IMG/VR virus record: IMGVR_UViG_2740892440_000004
Coordinates: 1-40,921 of that record
Source: a virus
Lineage: Duplodnaviria; Heunggongvirae; Uroviricota; Caudoviricetes
Length of the DNA: 40,921 nt
Strand: one strand, 5' to 3'
In this document: piece after piece, positions 10,703 to 19,314 of the stretch
Position numbering within the stretch: the first letter of the stretch is position 1
How the letters are laid out: every line of letters starts with the position of its first letter
The notes under the pieces: model-generated
What the model was told of the DNA's origin: nothing
Database searches by the model: none
The model's input: only the letters and a program-made list of their open reading frames with translations
Made by a program: the position numbers and the translations under genes

Positions 10703-11386
10703 GTGGAAAACGTTAAGGCAGCAAAAGCTGTCTGGCAGGAAGAACGGCGAAAACAAACTGAAGCTGCTGCAATGATTGAAACTATCCGTAAACGTCAGGA
10801 AGATACAAAAACGGAAACGCAGGCGCTTAATGATGAATGGCGAAACCTGTTTCGTGAGAATCAGGGAAATATGACACCACGCATGAAAAAACTGCGGGCA
10901 GAAATCGCCCTCGGACGCGAAACACTGGATGAGTTCGAAGATTTGCTGGCAGCTCAGGTGGCAGAAAATGAATTCCTGCCCTGGAAAACTGCGGATGCTG
11001 CAAACCACTACATCAGCGAACATAATCGCCTGATTGAAACTCATGCAGTGTGGCTCTGGAATGAGTTTATGAAGGAACACGGCCAGAAACTTATTCAGAT
11101 CCTTGGACTGTTGAAAATGACTCTGGGCCGAAGCGCTTCTGCTGTTATCGGTGTAGTTCATACCGTAAACGACCCCGAAAGTGTGCTGAAGCAATTTATC
11201 AGCGAGCAACTCACCACTCCGGCACTGTCCTGTAACGTATCTTCAACGGATGATATTACCCTGCCGGGGATCAGCATTTATGCGGACGATAAAGCCATCC
11301 AGGATGCCAGACAATCCCCCAGCCCTGCAGCGCGTTCACGGATGCTTAAACAGCGTGACATGGTTAAAGGGGGCGAGAAGAAATGA
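10703..11386 (+). CDS. putative Sid-like capsid size-determination (external scaffold) protein; probably starts at ATG 10635 with a frameshift near 10705
   Basis: first gene of a +strand operon followed by psu and delta; coiled-coil-like Glu/Arg/Ala-rich sequence; ATG 10635 has a GGAG RBS and reads into this frame if one base is restored. Confidence 0.45.
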   Translation: MENVKAAKAVWQEERRKQTEAAAMIETIRKRQEDTKTETQALNDEWRNLFRENQGNMTPRMKKLRAEIALGRETLDEFEDLLAAQVAENEFLPWKTADAANHYISEHNRLIETHAVWLWNEFMKEHGQKLIQILGLLKMTLGRSASAVIGVVHTVNDPESVLKQFISEQLTTPALSCNVSSTDDITLPGISIYADDKAIQDARQSPSPAARSRMLKQRDMVKGGEKK

Positions 11387-11937
11387 ATGCCGGAACCATT
11401 ACTCAGGAAGCTCTCAACGATTACCGCTCGGCGATAAAAAGCTGGCTGACACTACGTAATACGCAAAGTACCTACCAGCTTCGTCTGGCGGCTCTGCTGA
11501 ATACTGAAGAAAAACCGGCAGCATATGCCAGCCAGCTTGAGGAGCTTCGTGAGCGTCTTGCTGTCCTCGAATGGCAGATTAACTGTGCTGCACGGGATGG
11601 TCTTTATGCTCACCAGATTGTGCTGGAGAGTTGTGTTACAAGCGCAACGGAAAACTTCATGAGCGAGCATGGTGATGCACTCACTGACGCACTGGCTCCT
11701 TTTCTTTGCGCTCCATACGGGCTTGAGGCGGCAATGAAAATATTACGAACCGCTGTAGCCCGACAAACGGAAGTGCGTACTCCGGTAATTTCAGCAGCAT
11801 ACAAGAGCATTATCGACGAAACCGGATTAACGGTGGATGCATCAATGTACGCTGATGCTTCAACCAGTTTCACCCCGGCACAACATAAAGTTTTCCTGGC
11901 CCGCCTTAACCGACTTAATGAAAAAGGAGGGTACTGA
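11383..11937 (+). CDS. psu: Psu-like polarity suppression (capsid decoration) protein
   Basis: 184 aa; ATGA overlap with upstream gene; segments ...MSEHGDALTDALAPF... and ...FTPAQHKVF... resemble P4 Psu as recalled. Confidence 0.7.
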   Translation: MNAGTITQEALNDYRSAIKSWLTLRNTQSTYQLRLAALLNTEEKPAAYASQLEELRERLAVLEWQINCAARDGLYAHQIVLESCVTSATENFMSEHGDALTDALAPFLCAPYGLEAAMKILRTAVARQTEVRTPVISAAYKSIIDETGLTVDASMYADASTSFTPAQHKVFLARLNRLNEKGGY

Positions 11938-11938
11938 T

Positions 11939-12211
11939 ATGGCCCTGAAGTGTCCTGAATGTGGGACGGTCGCTCACGCCAGAACCAGCGCCTATGAAGC
12001 TCCATCGGTTAAACGCTCATGGTATCAGTGCCAGAATCTGGAATGTTCCTGCACATTTACCGCTCTGGAAAGCGTGGATACGATAATTATGAAGCCTTGG
12101 CGCAATGAACAGGAATCAGACAAAGAACAAATGCCAGAAAAACAACAGCAAACTCTCAACCGCTATGGCTCCGCGTCAAAGCTGTCAAGCCGTCAGCTAA
12201 TTCCTGTCTGA
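11939..12211 (+). CDS. Delta/Ogr-family zinc-finger late-gene activator
   Basis: MALKCPECGTVAHARTSAYEAPSVKRSWYQCQNLECSCTF matches the Ogr/Delta C-x2-C...C-x4-C pattern (CPxCxxxAHARTS...YxQCxN). Confidence 0.8.
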   Translation: MALKCPECGTVAHARTSAYEAPSVKRSWYQCQNLECSCTFTALESVDTIIMKPWRNEQESDKEQMPEKQQQTLNRYGSASKLSSRQLIPV

Positions 12212-12234
12212 TTAGCAAAATACGCCCACGTAGT

Positions 12235-12259
12235 CCCGGTCCAGTACCGGGATTTTTTA
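12235..12259 (+). terminator. rho-independent terminator after delta
   Basis: hairpin cccggt-ccagt-accggg followed by ATTTTTT. Confidence 0.55.
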
Positions 12260-12289
12260 CGCCTTTTCCCTGGCTGGCCTGAAGGCGTA

Positions 12290-12445
12290 TGAGTGCATAT
12301 CTATAGCGCATGAAAACGCATGAGTCTCATGCGCCATTTTTGACGCGAAAGCCCTTGTGTGGTGGCTTCTGAGACGATTTACGGGGTGCATGAAAACCAG
12401 TCTGTTAAGCGAAGCGGGCAGGCGGGCGGGGCAGCGCACGCTGTG
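12290..12445. other. cos-like packaging site of the P4-like satellite (candidate)
   Basis: approx. 150-bp non-coding block homologous to 26830-26990 (shared ggtgcatgaaaacca and aagcgggcaggcg); core GGCGGGCGGGGCAGCGCAC at 12421-12439 resembles the recalled P2/P4 cohesive end GGCGAGGCGGGGAAAGCAC. Confidence 0.4.
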
Positions 12446-12636
12446 TATGGTCAAAGTAACTTTTAACTTTCAATGAGTACCTGATTGAAAGAATCGTTTA
12501 TCACGTTAAAGCGATAACAATGATTTTAAGCAGCGAGTGTGGTGTAAGTATCATTGTCGAGTAAAAATGTTGCAAGCTATTGAAATAAGTATATATTGCA
12601 AATGATGAGGAAAATAAAATATGCAAGGACCTACTC

Positions 12637-13578
12637 ATGGATGCACTGCATGTCGCGCTTGAAAATCTGATTAGAGATGATGGTCAAACACTAAATAGTT
12701 ATTTTAGTGAAGTTAAAGTTAATTCATTGATTGAAAATACAAATGCAACTTGTCATTTTCATTGCCTTAATCTTGATGGCAATGGACGTCCTCGGGTAGA
12801 CGCGTTAATCCAATTCTTGAACGATAAAGTAGTTGATTATGCTATTCCAAGGAAAAAAATCAATGAGGCAGTGCAATATTTTAATGAAACACAATCAACA
12901 GCGAAAATAACAAAATTAGCAAATCAAGCAAAAAAATTATTTACTAGGCTTGCAAATAGTGGCGAAGGCGGTGAATTTATTCTTTTTTTATTTGCAGAGC
13001 AATTCCTTAGATTTCCACAAATTATTTGCAAAATGAGCCTGAAAACGAGTTCTCAAATGCATTACCATGGTGCAGATGGAATACATATAGGCGTAGATAA
13101 AGATAATAAAAAATTATGTTTATACTGGGGCGAGTCTAAACTCTATTCCAATCTGAGCAAAGGTATTTCTGAGTGTATGGATAGTATAGCTCCATTACTT
13201 CAAAGTTCTATGGGAATAGAAGGCGCTGAGACACGTGATATGCAGTTGCTGGAGTCGCACTTAAATGTTGATGATATAGAACTAGAACAAGCGTTGAAAA
13301 GATTCTTAGATCCTGATAGCCCGGATTTTAATAAATTGGAATACAGAGGAATATGCTTAGTTGGGTTTGATCTTAAAGATTATCCACAAGGGCCCAGTTC
13401 AATTGATATCAGTGAACTAGTTGCTTTGATTAATACTAAAGTCGGGAAATGGTCAACTAGTGTGCAAGGTGGTATAGTTAATAAAAAACTTGATCGCTTT
13501 GCTATGCATGTTTTTATTCTTCCTTTTCCTTCAGTAAAAGCATTTAGGGCTAGTTTAATTAAAGCATTGGAGAGTTGA
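12637..13578 (+). CDS. cargo protein 1 (313 aa) with a PD-(D/E)xK-like nuclease motif; candidate defence effector
   Basis: low-GC ORF; segment HGADGIHIGVDKDNKKLCLYWGESK has D...D...ExK spacing typical of PD-(D/E)xK nucleases. Confidence 0.6.
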   Translation: MDALHVALENLIRDDGQTLNSYFSEVKVNSLIENTNATCHFHCLNLDGNGRPRVDALIQFLNDKVVDYAIPRKKINEAVQYFNETQSTAKITKLANQAKKLFTRLANSGEGGEFILFLFAEQFLRFPQIICKMSLKTSSQMHYHGADGIHIGVDKDNKKLCLYWGESKLYSNLSKGISECMDSIAPLLQSSMGIEGAETRDMQLLESHLNVDDIELEQALKRFLDPDSPDFNKLEYRGICLVGFDLKDYPQGPSSIDISELVALINTKVGKWSTSVQGGIVNKKLDRFAMHVFILPFPSVKAFRASLIKALES

Positions 13579-13579
13579 A

Positions 13580-15514
13580 ATGTCGTTGCGAGATTTATCT
13601 GGGTGGTTGATTAAGAATCAAGGATTCTTAAGAAAATATCAGGCATTAGTCGCTAACTCGATAAAAGATCAATTTCCAGAGTTAAAATCAGATGTAATCC
13701 CACAGATTAGTTCTGAGGATGTCGGCTATCTTTTAACATGTGCTAGTTCTTTGGCTTTCTCAAGTGATGAGAAATGCCAAGATGCAGCCTTAAGGATTGC
13801 ACAGTATTGCTTATTGAATGAAAAAAGTGAAGCAAGAAAAGATAGTGCTGCATTAATTCTTGATTCATTATCTAATAATCCAGCAATACAACTTGCTGAA
13901 AATAGGGGGTATCTTAACCCTGATTTCGAAGAAAGATTACCCTTAAAGGCTCAGTTAGAACTAACTAAAAGAAAAATTCTATATACAATTGAAATAGATG
14001 CTGATAAGCATATTTATGCTAATAGGTTTCAATCAGAGTTTTGGGATGCGGTACAAGAAAACTCATGGGTTAGTGTCTCTGCTCCTACCTCTGTAGGAAA
14101 ATCATTTATCCTGGAATCTTGGGTGGAGCAGTTTGTAAAAAGAAATAAGAATTGCTTAGTTATTTATATCGTACCAACAAGGGCATTGATTTCAGAAGTA
14201 TATTCTGAGTTGCAAAAACGTTTGGATCCTAATTTAACAAATATAGTTAATATTCAGACACTACCATTGAGTAATGTATACCAGAGCGAAAAATCTAATG
14301 TCTTCATATTTACACAGGAAAGATTAAATTTATTCTACAATCATTTCTCACAAATTCCAAAGATAGACGTCTTAGTTGTTGATGAAGCACACAAGATCGG
14401 TGATGGTGGAAGAGGTGTTATTCTTCAACATGTAATTGAACTGACTTGTCTAAATAACCCTGATTCAAAAGTTATCTTTGCAAGTCCTTTCACCTTAAAT
14501 CCTGAAATATTGCTCAGTGATGCTCCAATATTAAAAAACAAAAGAACTATAAAAAGTGACTATGTTACAGTTAATCAAAATTTAATATGGGTAGAACAAA
14601 AACCACGCAAGACCAAAGATTGGTTGATGTATTATTTTGCAAACGGTGAAAAACGCGAGTTAGGAAACTTTTCTTTAGAAAATGCACCATCTCCTGAAAG
14701 TAAAAGATTGCCTTTTGTAGCTCTTTGTTTAGGTAAGGGGGCTTCTGGTAACGTAGTTTACGTAAATGGAGCCGCTGAAGCAGAATCTACTTCCAAGCTA
14801 ATATCTGCAAGTATAGAAAATGAGACTGAGGATGAAGAAATTTTAGCTCTCGTTGAGCTTAGTGAGACAATTATACATAAAAATTTCGCATTAAATCGCA
14901 CTCTAAAAAAGAGAGTCGCTTTTCATTATGGCAACATGCCTTTAATAATAAAGGGCGAGATTGAACGATTGTTTAGTAAAGGTAAGATTGATTTTTTAAT
15001 TTGTACCTCAACTTTAGTTGAGGGCGTAAACATGGCTTGTAAAAATATTTTTATAAGAGGCCCTAAAAAGGGTAATTCAACCCCGATGCGAGAAGAGGAT
15101 TTTTGGAATCTTGCTGGCAGAGCTGGTCGTTGGGGAAAAGAATTCCAAGGTAATGTCATCTGCATCGATAGCGACAATGAAAAAATTTGGAATGGAGAGC
15201 CTCCAAAAACCAAAAAAAATATATTTATAACTCGCGCCACGGATGCTATTTCCCATGACATGGATAAGTTGGTTTCCTATATTTTTTCAGAGCATCATTT
15301 TGGTATGTCTGAGCGGAATCCTAATCTCCAGAGTCTATTTAGTTATTTATGTTCATCATTTTATTTTTATAATGGCTTGGATAATAATCCTTACATGGAA
15401 AAGTACAATATAAAAAATATCGATGTTTTAAATGAAGCAATATTTGATGTTTTTGATTCTTTAACTTTTCCACACGAATTGGTTGTGCGGCATCCTGGTA
15501 TAAGCCGCTTTTAA
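13580..15514 (+). CDS. cargo protein 2: superfamily-2 DEAH-box helicase (644 aa)
   Basis: motif I APTSVGKS, motif II VVDEAHKI, motif V TSTLVEGVN, motif VI NLAGRAGRWG; starts 2 bp after gene 1. Confidence 0.8.
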   Translation: MSLRDLSGWLIKNQGFLRKYQALVANSIKDQFPELKSDVIPQISSEDVGYLLTCASSLAFSSDEKCQDAALRIAQYCLLNEKSEARKDSAALILDSLSNNPAIQLAENRGYLNPDFEERLPLKAQLELTKRKILYTIEIDADKHIYANRFQSEFWDAVQENSWVSVSAPTSVGKSFILESWVEQFVKRNKNCLVIYIVPTRALISEVYSELQKRLDPNLTNIVNIQTLPLSNVYQSEKSNVFIFTQERLNLFYNHFSQIPKIDVLVVDEAHKIGDGGRGVILQHVIELTCLNNPDSKVIFASPFTLNPEILLSDAPILKNKRTIKSDYVTVNQNLIWVEQKPRKTKDWLMYYFANGEKRELGNFSLENAPSPESKRLPFVALCLGKGASGNVVYVNGAAEAESTSKLISASIENETEDEEILALVELSETIIHKNFALNRTLKKRVAFHYGNMPLIIKGEIERLFSKGKIDFLICTSTLVEGVNMACKNIFIRGPKKGNSTPMREEDFWNLAGRAGRWGKEFQGNVICIDSDNEKIWNGEPPKTKKNIFITRATDAISHDMDKLVSYIFSEHHFGMSERNPNLQSLFSYLCSSFYFYNGLDNNPYMEKYNIKNIDVLNEAIFDVFDSLTFPHELVVRHPGISRF

Positions 15515-16161
15515 TGCAAAACCTTTGGGATAGATTTTCGCGGGATACAAACAAACCTGTAGAGAGATTACTGCTTTCTGAACCTGGTAGTAATGATGCG
15601 TTAGATTCATATGTATCCGCATTCTCTAGAATTAGTGATACTCTGAGTAAGAAGCTAGGTTATAATTCAAAAGGAGCTTACGTACAGGCCTTGTTAGTTT
15701 CCAAGTGGATGAAAGGTTATCCCCTAGCAAGATTGATCTCGGATAGAATAAGATATAACAAAAAGAAAAATATTGTTTTCAAAGAAGCGACTTTAATACG
15801 AGGGGTTATGAAGGATGTTGAAGAGATCGCTCGCTATCAAGCTCCAAGGCTTTTAGGATGTTATAATGATTTATTAAAAAGCTTTTATCTTTCGATAGAT
15901 CGCACAGACTTAGCAAAAGATGTTGAAGATATCGGTGTTTATTTAGAACTGGGTGTAAGTTTAAAAACTCAGATTTCACTAATAGGGCTTGGCTTTTCAA
16001 GAACTGCTGCTGTAATGATTTCAGAGCTTATTCCTAATGATAGTTTAGATGAGGAAGAATGCATTAATTGGATTAAGGACAATAAAGTTGACATGGAAGA
16101 ACTGCCACAATTAGTTCAAAACGAAATACATAATATATTTCGTAACTTTTGGGTACAATAG
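15514..16161 (+). CDS. cargo protein 3 (215 aa), unknown function; coupled to the helicase by TAATG overlap
   Basis: low-GC ORF immediately following the helicase in a different frame. Confidence 0.6.
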   Translation: MQNLWDRFSRDTNKPVERLLLSEPGSNDALDSYVSAFSRISDTLSKKLGYNSKGAYVQALLVSKWMKGYPLARLISDRIRYNKKKNIVFKEATLIRGVMKDVEEIARYQAPRLLGCYNDLLKSFYLSIDRTDLAKDVEDIGVYLELGVSLKTQISLIGLGFSRTAAVMISELIPNDSLDEEECINWIKDNKVDMEELPQLVQNEIHNIFRNFWVQ

Positions 16162-16192
16162 TCTTATTTAGACGATTTTTTAAACAATCAAT

Positions 16193-16240
16193 AGAGAAGT
16201 TTTTGAATTTTATCATTCTTCCAGTAACAAAAACTTCTCT
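16193..16240. terminator. long-loop hairpin between convergent cargo genes (possible bidirectional terminator)
   Basis: 12-bp inverted repeat agagaagttttt / aaaaacttctct separated by 24 nt, flanked by T-runs. Confidence 0.3.
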
Positions 16241-16253
16241 TTTATAACACCGC

Positions 16254-16711
16254 TCAGGCTATTCCAGAATAGGCTTTGCTTACTTCACTATGCCTTGTGC
16301 CGCAATGCCTCAAAATAACAAGGCCATGTTGCAGTAACGCCTCACTACGTTCAGGTTCAAACCATTTCCCGTTAAATTTTCCTCCGTGAAAAAGATTGTT
16401 TCTTACACGGCGGATTAACAAAAAAAGAAATTTTGCTAAATCTTTTTCTTGTGGTAAAGAATCATCCAAACTAAAGAGTCATCTTCTATGATTTGTTTTT
16501 TGGGTGGGTGTTCTTTAAAGTAGGTGATAGCAGCAATTAGCTCTGGATCAGTTGTGTTATTTATGATTTCAGAAACTTGCTTTGCATACTCATCCCAGTT
16601 CGCTTTAGCATCTTTTATTTTATGATGAAGTCCACATGCCTTAAGGCAATATTCATAACGTGAAAACTCTCTAAAGAATTCATAACATAAATTATCTAGA
16701 TTATTCTCCAT
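16254..16711 (-). pseudogene. HEPN-like small protein (Rx4H motif), split into two ORFs by an apparent 1-bp G-run contraction
   Basis: ORFs 16436-16711 and 16254-16469 overlap; restoring one G in tttgg-atg fuses them into approx. 160 aa; C-terminal part contains IRRVRNNLFHGG, i.e. R-x4-H as in HEPN RNase motifs. Confidence 0.45.
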
Positions 16712-16740
16712 GAACTATATCTCCATGTATAACAAGTTAA

Positions 16741-17940
16741 CTAATATTGATTGCGCTCGTACACTTTTTGGCCCCACCAATTCATAAGTCCTATTCGTTG
16801 CTCAAGGTAAGTTGAACGATTATATGCTCTGCGCACTTCATTTTTATCACTATGTGCAAGAGCAGCCTCAATTACATCTGCATTAAAACCCGCTTCATTT
16901 AATGCGGTGCTGGCAATTGAACGCAATCCATGAGCAACCAATCTACCACCAAATCCAATCCTTTTTAAAGCAGCATTTGCCGTCTGGCTATTCATTGGTT
17001 GCTTTGGGTCATTCCGACTCGGGAAAACATGTTCACGATGGGCACTGATTAGCTTCATCACATCAAGAATCTCTAATGCCTGAGGAGATAGAGGGACTAT
17101 GTGTTCCCGCTTAGCCTTCATTCGTTCAGCTGGGATAGTCCAGAGCTTTGCATCGAGATCGAGCTCAGCCCACCTAGCACCGGAAGCCTCAGAAGGACGA
17201 ACTAGAGTCAGGAGTTGCCACTCAATGAGGCAGCGAGTCGGAACAGACAAATTTGACATGACGAGAGAACGCATCAGCATAGGCAATTCTTCTGGGCGCA
17301 ACGTAGGCATATTTTGTTTTTTTGGCTTCTCAAAGGCCATTCCAATGCCTGATGCTGGATTGGCATCAATAAGACCAGTATTTACGGCATAAATCATTAT
17401 CTCGTTAACACGCTGCACCAACCGGCGCACCGTCTCCAGCGCCCCACGAGCTTTGATCGGTTCAAGGGCTTCAACCAGTGTTCGGGCTTTGATTTGCTGG
17501 ACAGGGATCTCCCCGATGGTGGGGAATACGTCTTTTTCCAGTGAACGCCATATATCTTTAGCGTAATCATGGGTAACGCTTTTGCTTTTGAGCTGGAACC
17601 AGTTAGCGGCGACCGTCGAAAAAATACTGTCCAGAGCGATTTGCTGCTGTTCCTCTGCAACTTCAGCTTGAATTTGCGGGTCGATTCCGTTGGCTAATAG
17701 GGCAAGGTAATCTGCTCTTAACCCTCGGGCATCAGCAAGAGAAAGGGCAGGAAAAGCACCAAGTCCCATCATAGTCCGCTGTTTTGTTGCTGGGCGTTGA
17801 TAGCGAAAGCGCCAGAGTTTCTTGCCGCTAGTTTTCACTATCAGGAAAAGCCCATCGCCATCATGCAGCGTTAGATCCTTCTCTAACGCTTTCGCGCGCA
17901 GAACTTCGGTGTTGGTCAGGGGGCGTGTTGTCCGTGCCAC
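16741..17940 (-). CDS. int: P4-type tyrosine integrase
   Basis: 399 aa; catalytic segments AHGLRSIASTAL (HxxR) and RAYNRSTY (Tyr); positioned next to the tmRNA-derived att fragment. Confidence 0.9.
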   Translation of the reverse strand: MARTTRPLTNTEVLRAKALEKDLTLHDGDGLFLIVKTSGKKLWRFRYQRPATKQRTMMGLGAFPALSLADARGLRADYLALLANGIDPQIQAEVAEEQQQIALDSIFSTVAANWFQLKSKSVTHDYAKDIWRSLEKDVFPTIGEIPVQQIKARTLVEALEPIKARGALETVRRLVQRVNEIMIYAVNTGLIDANPASGIGMAFEKPKKQNMPTLRPEELPMLMRSLVMSNLSVPTRCLIEWQLLTLVRPSEASGARWAELDLDAKLWTIPAERMKAKREHIVPLSPQALEILDVMKLISAHREHVFPSRNDPKQPMNSQTANAALKRIGFGGRLVAHGLRSIASTALNEAGFNADVIEAALAHSDKNEVRRAYNRSTYLEQRIGLMNWWGQKVYERNQY

Positions 17941-18050
17941 TGTGGCCGCTCCTTCATGAATTGGTATACGCTTTTAGGTATACATCCTACCGTATACCGA
18001 AACGTATACCAATAATCATCGGATTTAGCCGGATGTTCTCGGACAACGAC

Positions 18051-18088
18051 AAACACAAAAAAGCCCGCAGCTTGTGCCATGCGGGCTT
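18051..18088 (-). terminator. rho-independent terminator between the att fragment and the satellite integrase
   Basis: 9-bp stem aagcccgca / tgcgggctt with 10-nt loop, followed on the minus strand by TTTTGTGTTT. Confidence 0.4.
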
Positions 18089-18122
18089 TCTGTACTTCAC
18101 CGGACGTATCCGGATCATTATT

Positions 18123-18167
18123 TGGTGGAGCTGGCGGGAGTTGAACCCGCGTCCGAAATTCCTACAT
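18123..18167 (-). other. 45-nt copy of the tmRNA (ssrA) 3' end: attachment-site junction between the P4-like element and the 186-like prophage, not a complete tmRNA gene
   Basis: reverse complement reads ATGTAGGAATTTCGGACGCGGGTTCAACTCCCGCCAGCTCCACCA, the T-arm/acceptor/CCA end of enterobacterial tmRNA; match stops after 45 nt and upstream sequence is unrelated AT-rich DNA. Confidence 0.8.
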
Positions 18168-18252
18168 ACCATTTTTACTATAATAAAAACATGTATTTAT
18201 CTTTAAAATTAGTGTGTTAGTATTATTGTGTATTTGCTTGTTTTACCTATTT

Positions 18253-19314
18253 TTAATCCTCTGCCGCCAAAGTGCCGCCATCATCAACTGTCACCGGTTT
18301 CTCCATTACGTATGCTGACCATTCAGGAGAATAGAATGGTTGCAAAAATTTAGAAAATTGTTCTGTATCAAATTTAATTTCACCAATGTACAAGTAGTTA
18401 TATATATTACTGTAGTTTTGAAGCTGAAATCCGTAAGCTAGTTTTAATATCTTTTTAGATAGATAAAATGCAGCCTCAAGTGATTCGGCTAACATTGATT
18501 CTGTAGGGGTGAACGTTCTTATTTTAGTGCCGTTGATTTTTAACTCTATATAGGCTATCGAGATACAATCTACGCATAAAGTATCTAATAATTTAGCTAT
18601 GTTATATGAAATTGTATTTAATCTGGTAAGGTAATCTTCTGCATTTGAATGGGGTGTAACCTTATCTTTTGATAAGTTATTATTAATGGTATCTAGGATT
18701 GACAATATGCTTTTTTTAAAGTTCTCGTCTGGTGAATAATTGGATGTGATATCCATTGACGATTCTGTATATATATTGGAATATAATAAGTATGGGTTTG
18801 AGATTTTAATTTCATGAGTTGTTAGTATTTTAATTTTGTTGCTATCATTGTAATTATAATATTTTGATGCGTCATCTACAAAGCTTTGCATCGTAAAGCT
18901 TGATATTTCTTTAATTTTATCTACGAAATTTTTCTCATGAGCAAAATGTCTATCGATTGCATTTTTGATTTCAGATGAATTAATTTGTGCTTCGGTTTGT
19001 ATCGTTCTGTGAATGTTATTTACTATGGAAGCTAATGGTACAGAACTTGCGAGTATCAATAATGGGAATTTGCTTATCTCATAGAATCTGGCATATCCGT
19101 GAGCAGAAAGAACAGGTATTTTACCAAACCATGCAAATGCTCCAAAATAAATGAATGACAGCAGTGGTACTGCAATTGAAATCCAAAATAATTTCTGTTG
19201 AAATAAATTTCTTTTATCGAGAATGTACCACTTTTTATATATTGATACAAACGCAAAAAGAATAATTGCCAAAATATACACAATAATTCCAGTAAAGCTA
19301 GTATTAATGTTCAT
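18253..19314 (-). CDS. low-GC membrane protein (353 aa, three N-terminal TM helices plus approx. 250-aa soluble domain); moron co-transcribed with the phage integrase
   Basis: start ATG overlaps the integrase stop (ATGA); hydrophobic segments FTGIIVYILAIILFAFVSIY, LFWISIAVPLLSFIYFGAFAWF, FPLLILASSVPLASIV; AT-rich relative to neighbours. Confidence 0.7.
   Translation of the reverse strand: MNINTSFTGIIVYILAIILFAFVSIYKKWYILDKRNLFQQKLFWISIAVPLLSFIYFGAFAWFGKIPVLSAHGYARFYEISKFPLLILASSVPLASIVNNIHRTIQTEAQINSSEIKNAIDRHFAHEKNFVDKIKEISSFTMQSFVDDASKYYNYNDSNKIKILTTHEIKISNPYLLYSNIYTESSMDITSNYSPDENFKKSILSILDTINNNLSKDKVTPHSNAEDYLTRLNTISYNIAKLLDTLCVDCISIAYIELKINGTKIRTFTPTESMLAESLEAAFYLSKKILKLAYGFQLQNYSNIYNYLYIGEIKFDTEQFSKFLQPFYSPEWSAYVMEKPVTVDDGGTLAAED

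Noticed and set aside
12290-12445. Interpreting the two homologous non-coding blocks (here and at 26800-26995) as a structured regulatory RNA shared by the cargo operons
   Set aside because: The G-rich cores resemble P2-family cohesive ends and the blocks sit where cos is expected in both elements; cos is the more economical explanation, although the RNA possibility is not excluded.
15505-15520. Treating the helicase and the following 215-aa ORF as definitely one frameshifted gene
   Set aside because: The junction is a TAATG stop-start overlap typical of real coupled genes, and the error pattern elsewhere affects G/C runs rather than T runs; kept as two genes, with fusion noted as a possibility.
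18123-18167. A complete tmRNA (ssrA) gene
   Set aside because: Only the terminal 45 nt match the tmRNA 3' end; the sequence that should contain the rest of the RNA (18168 onward) is unrelated AT-rich DNA, so this is an att-site copy.
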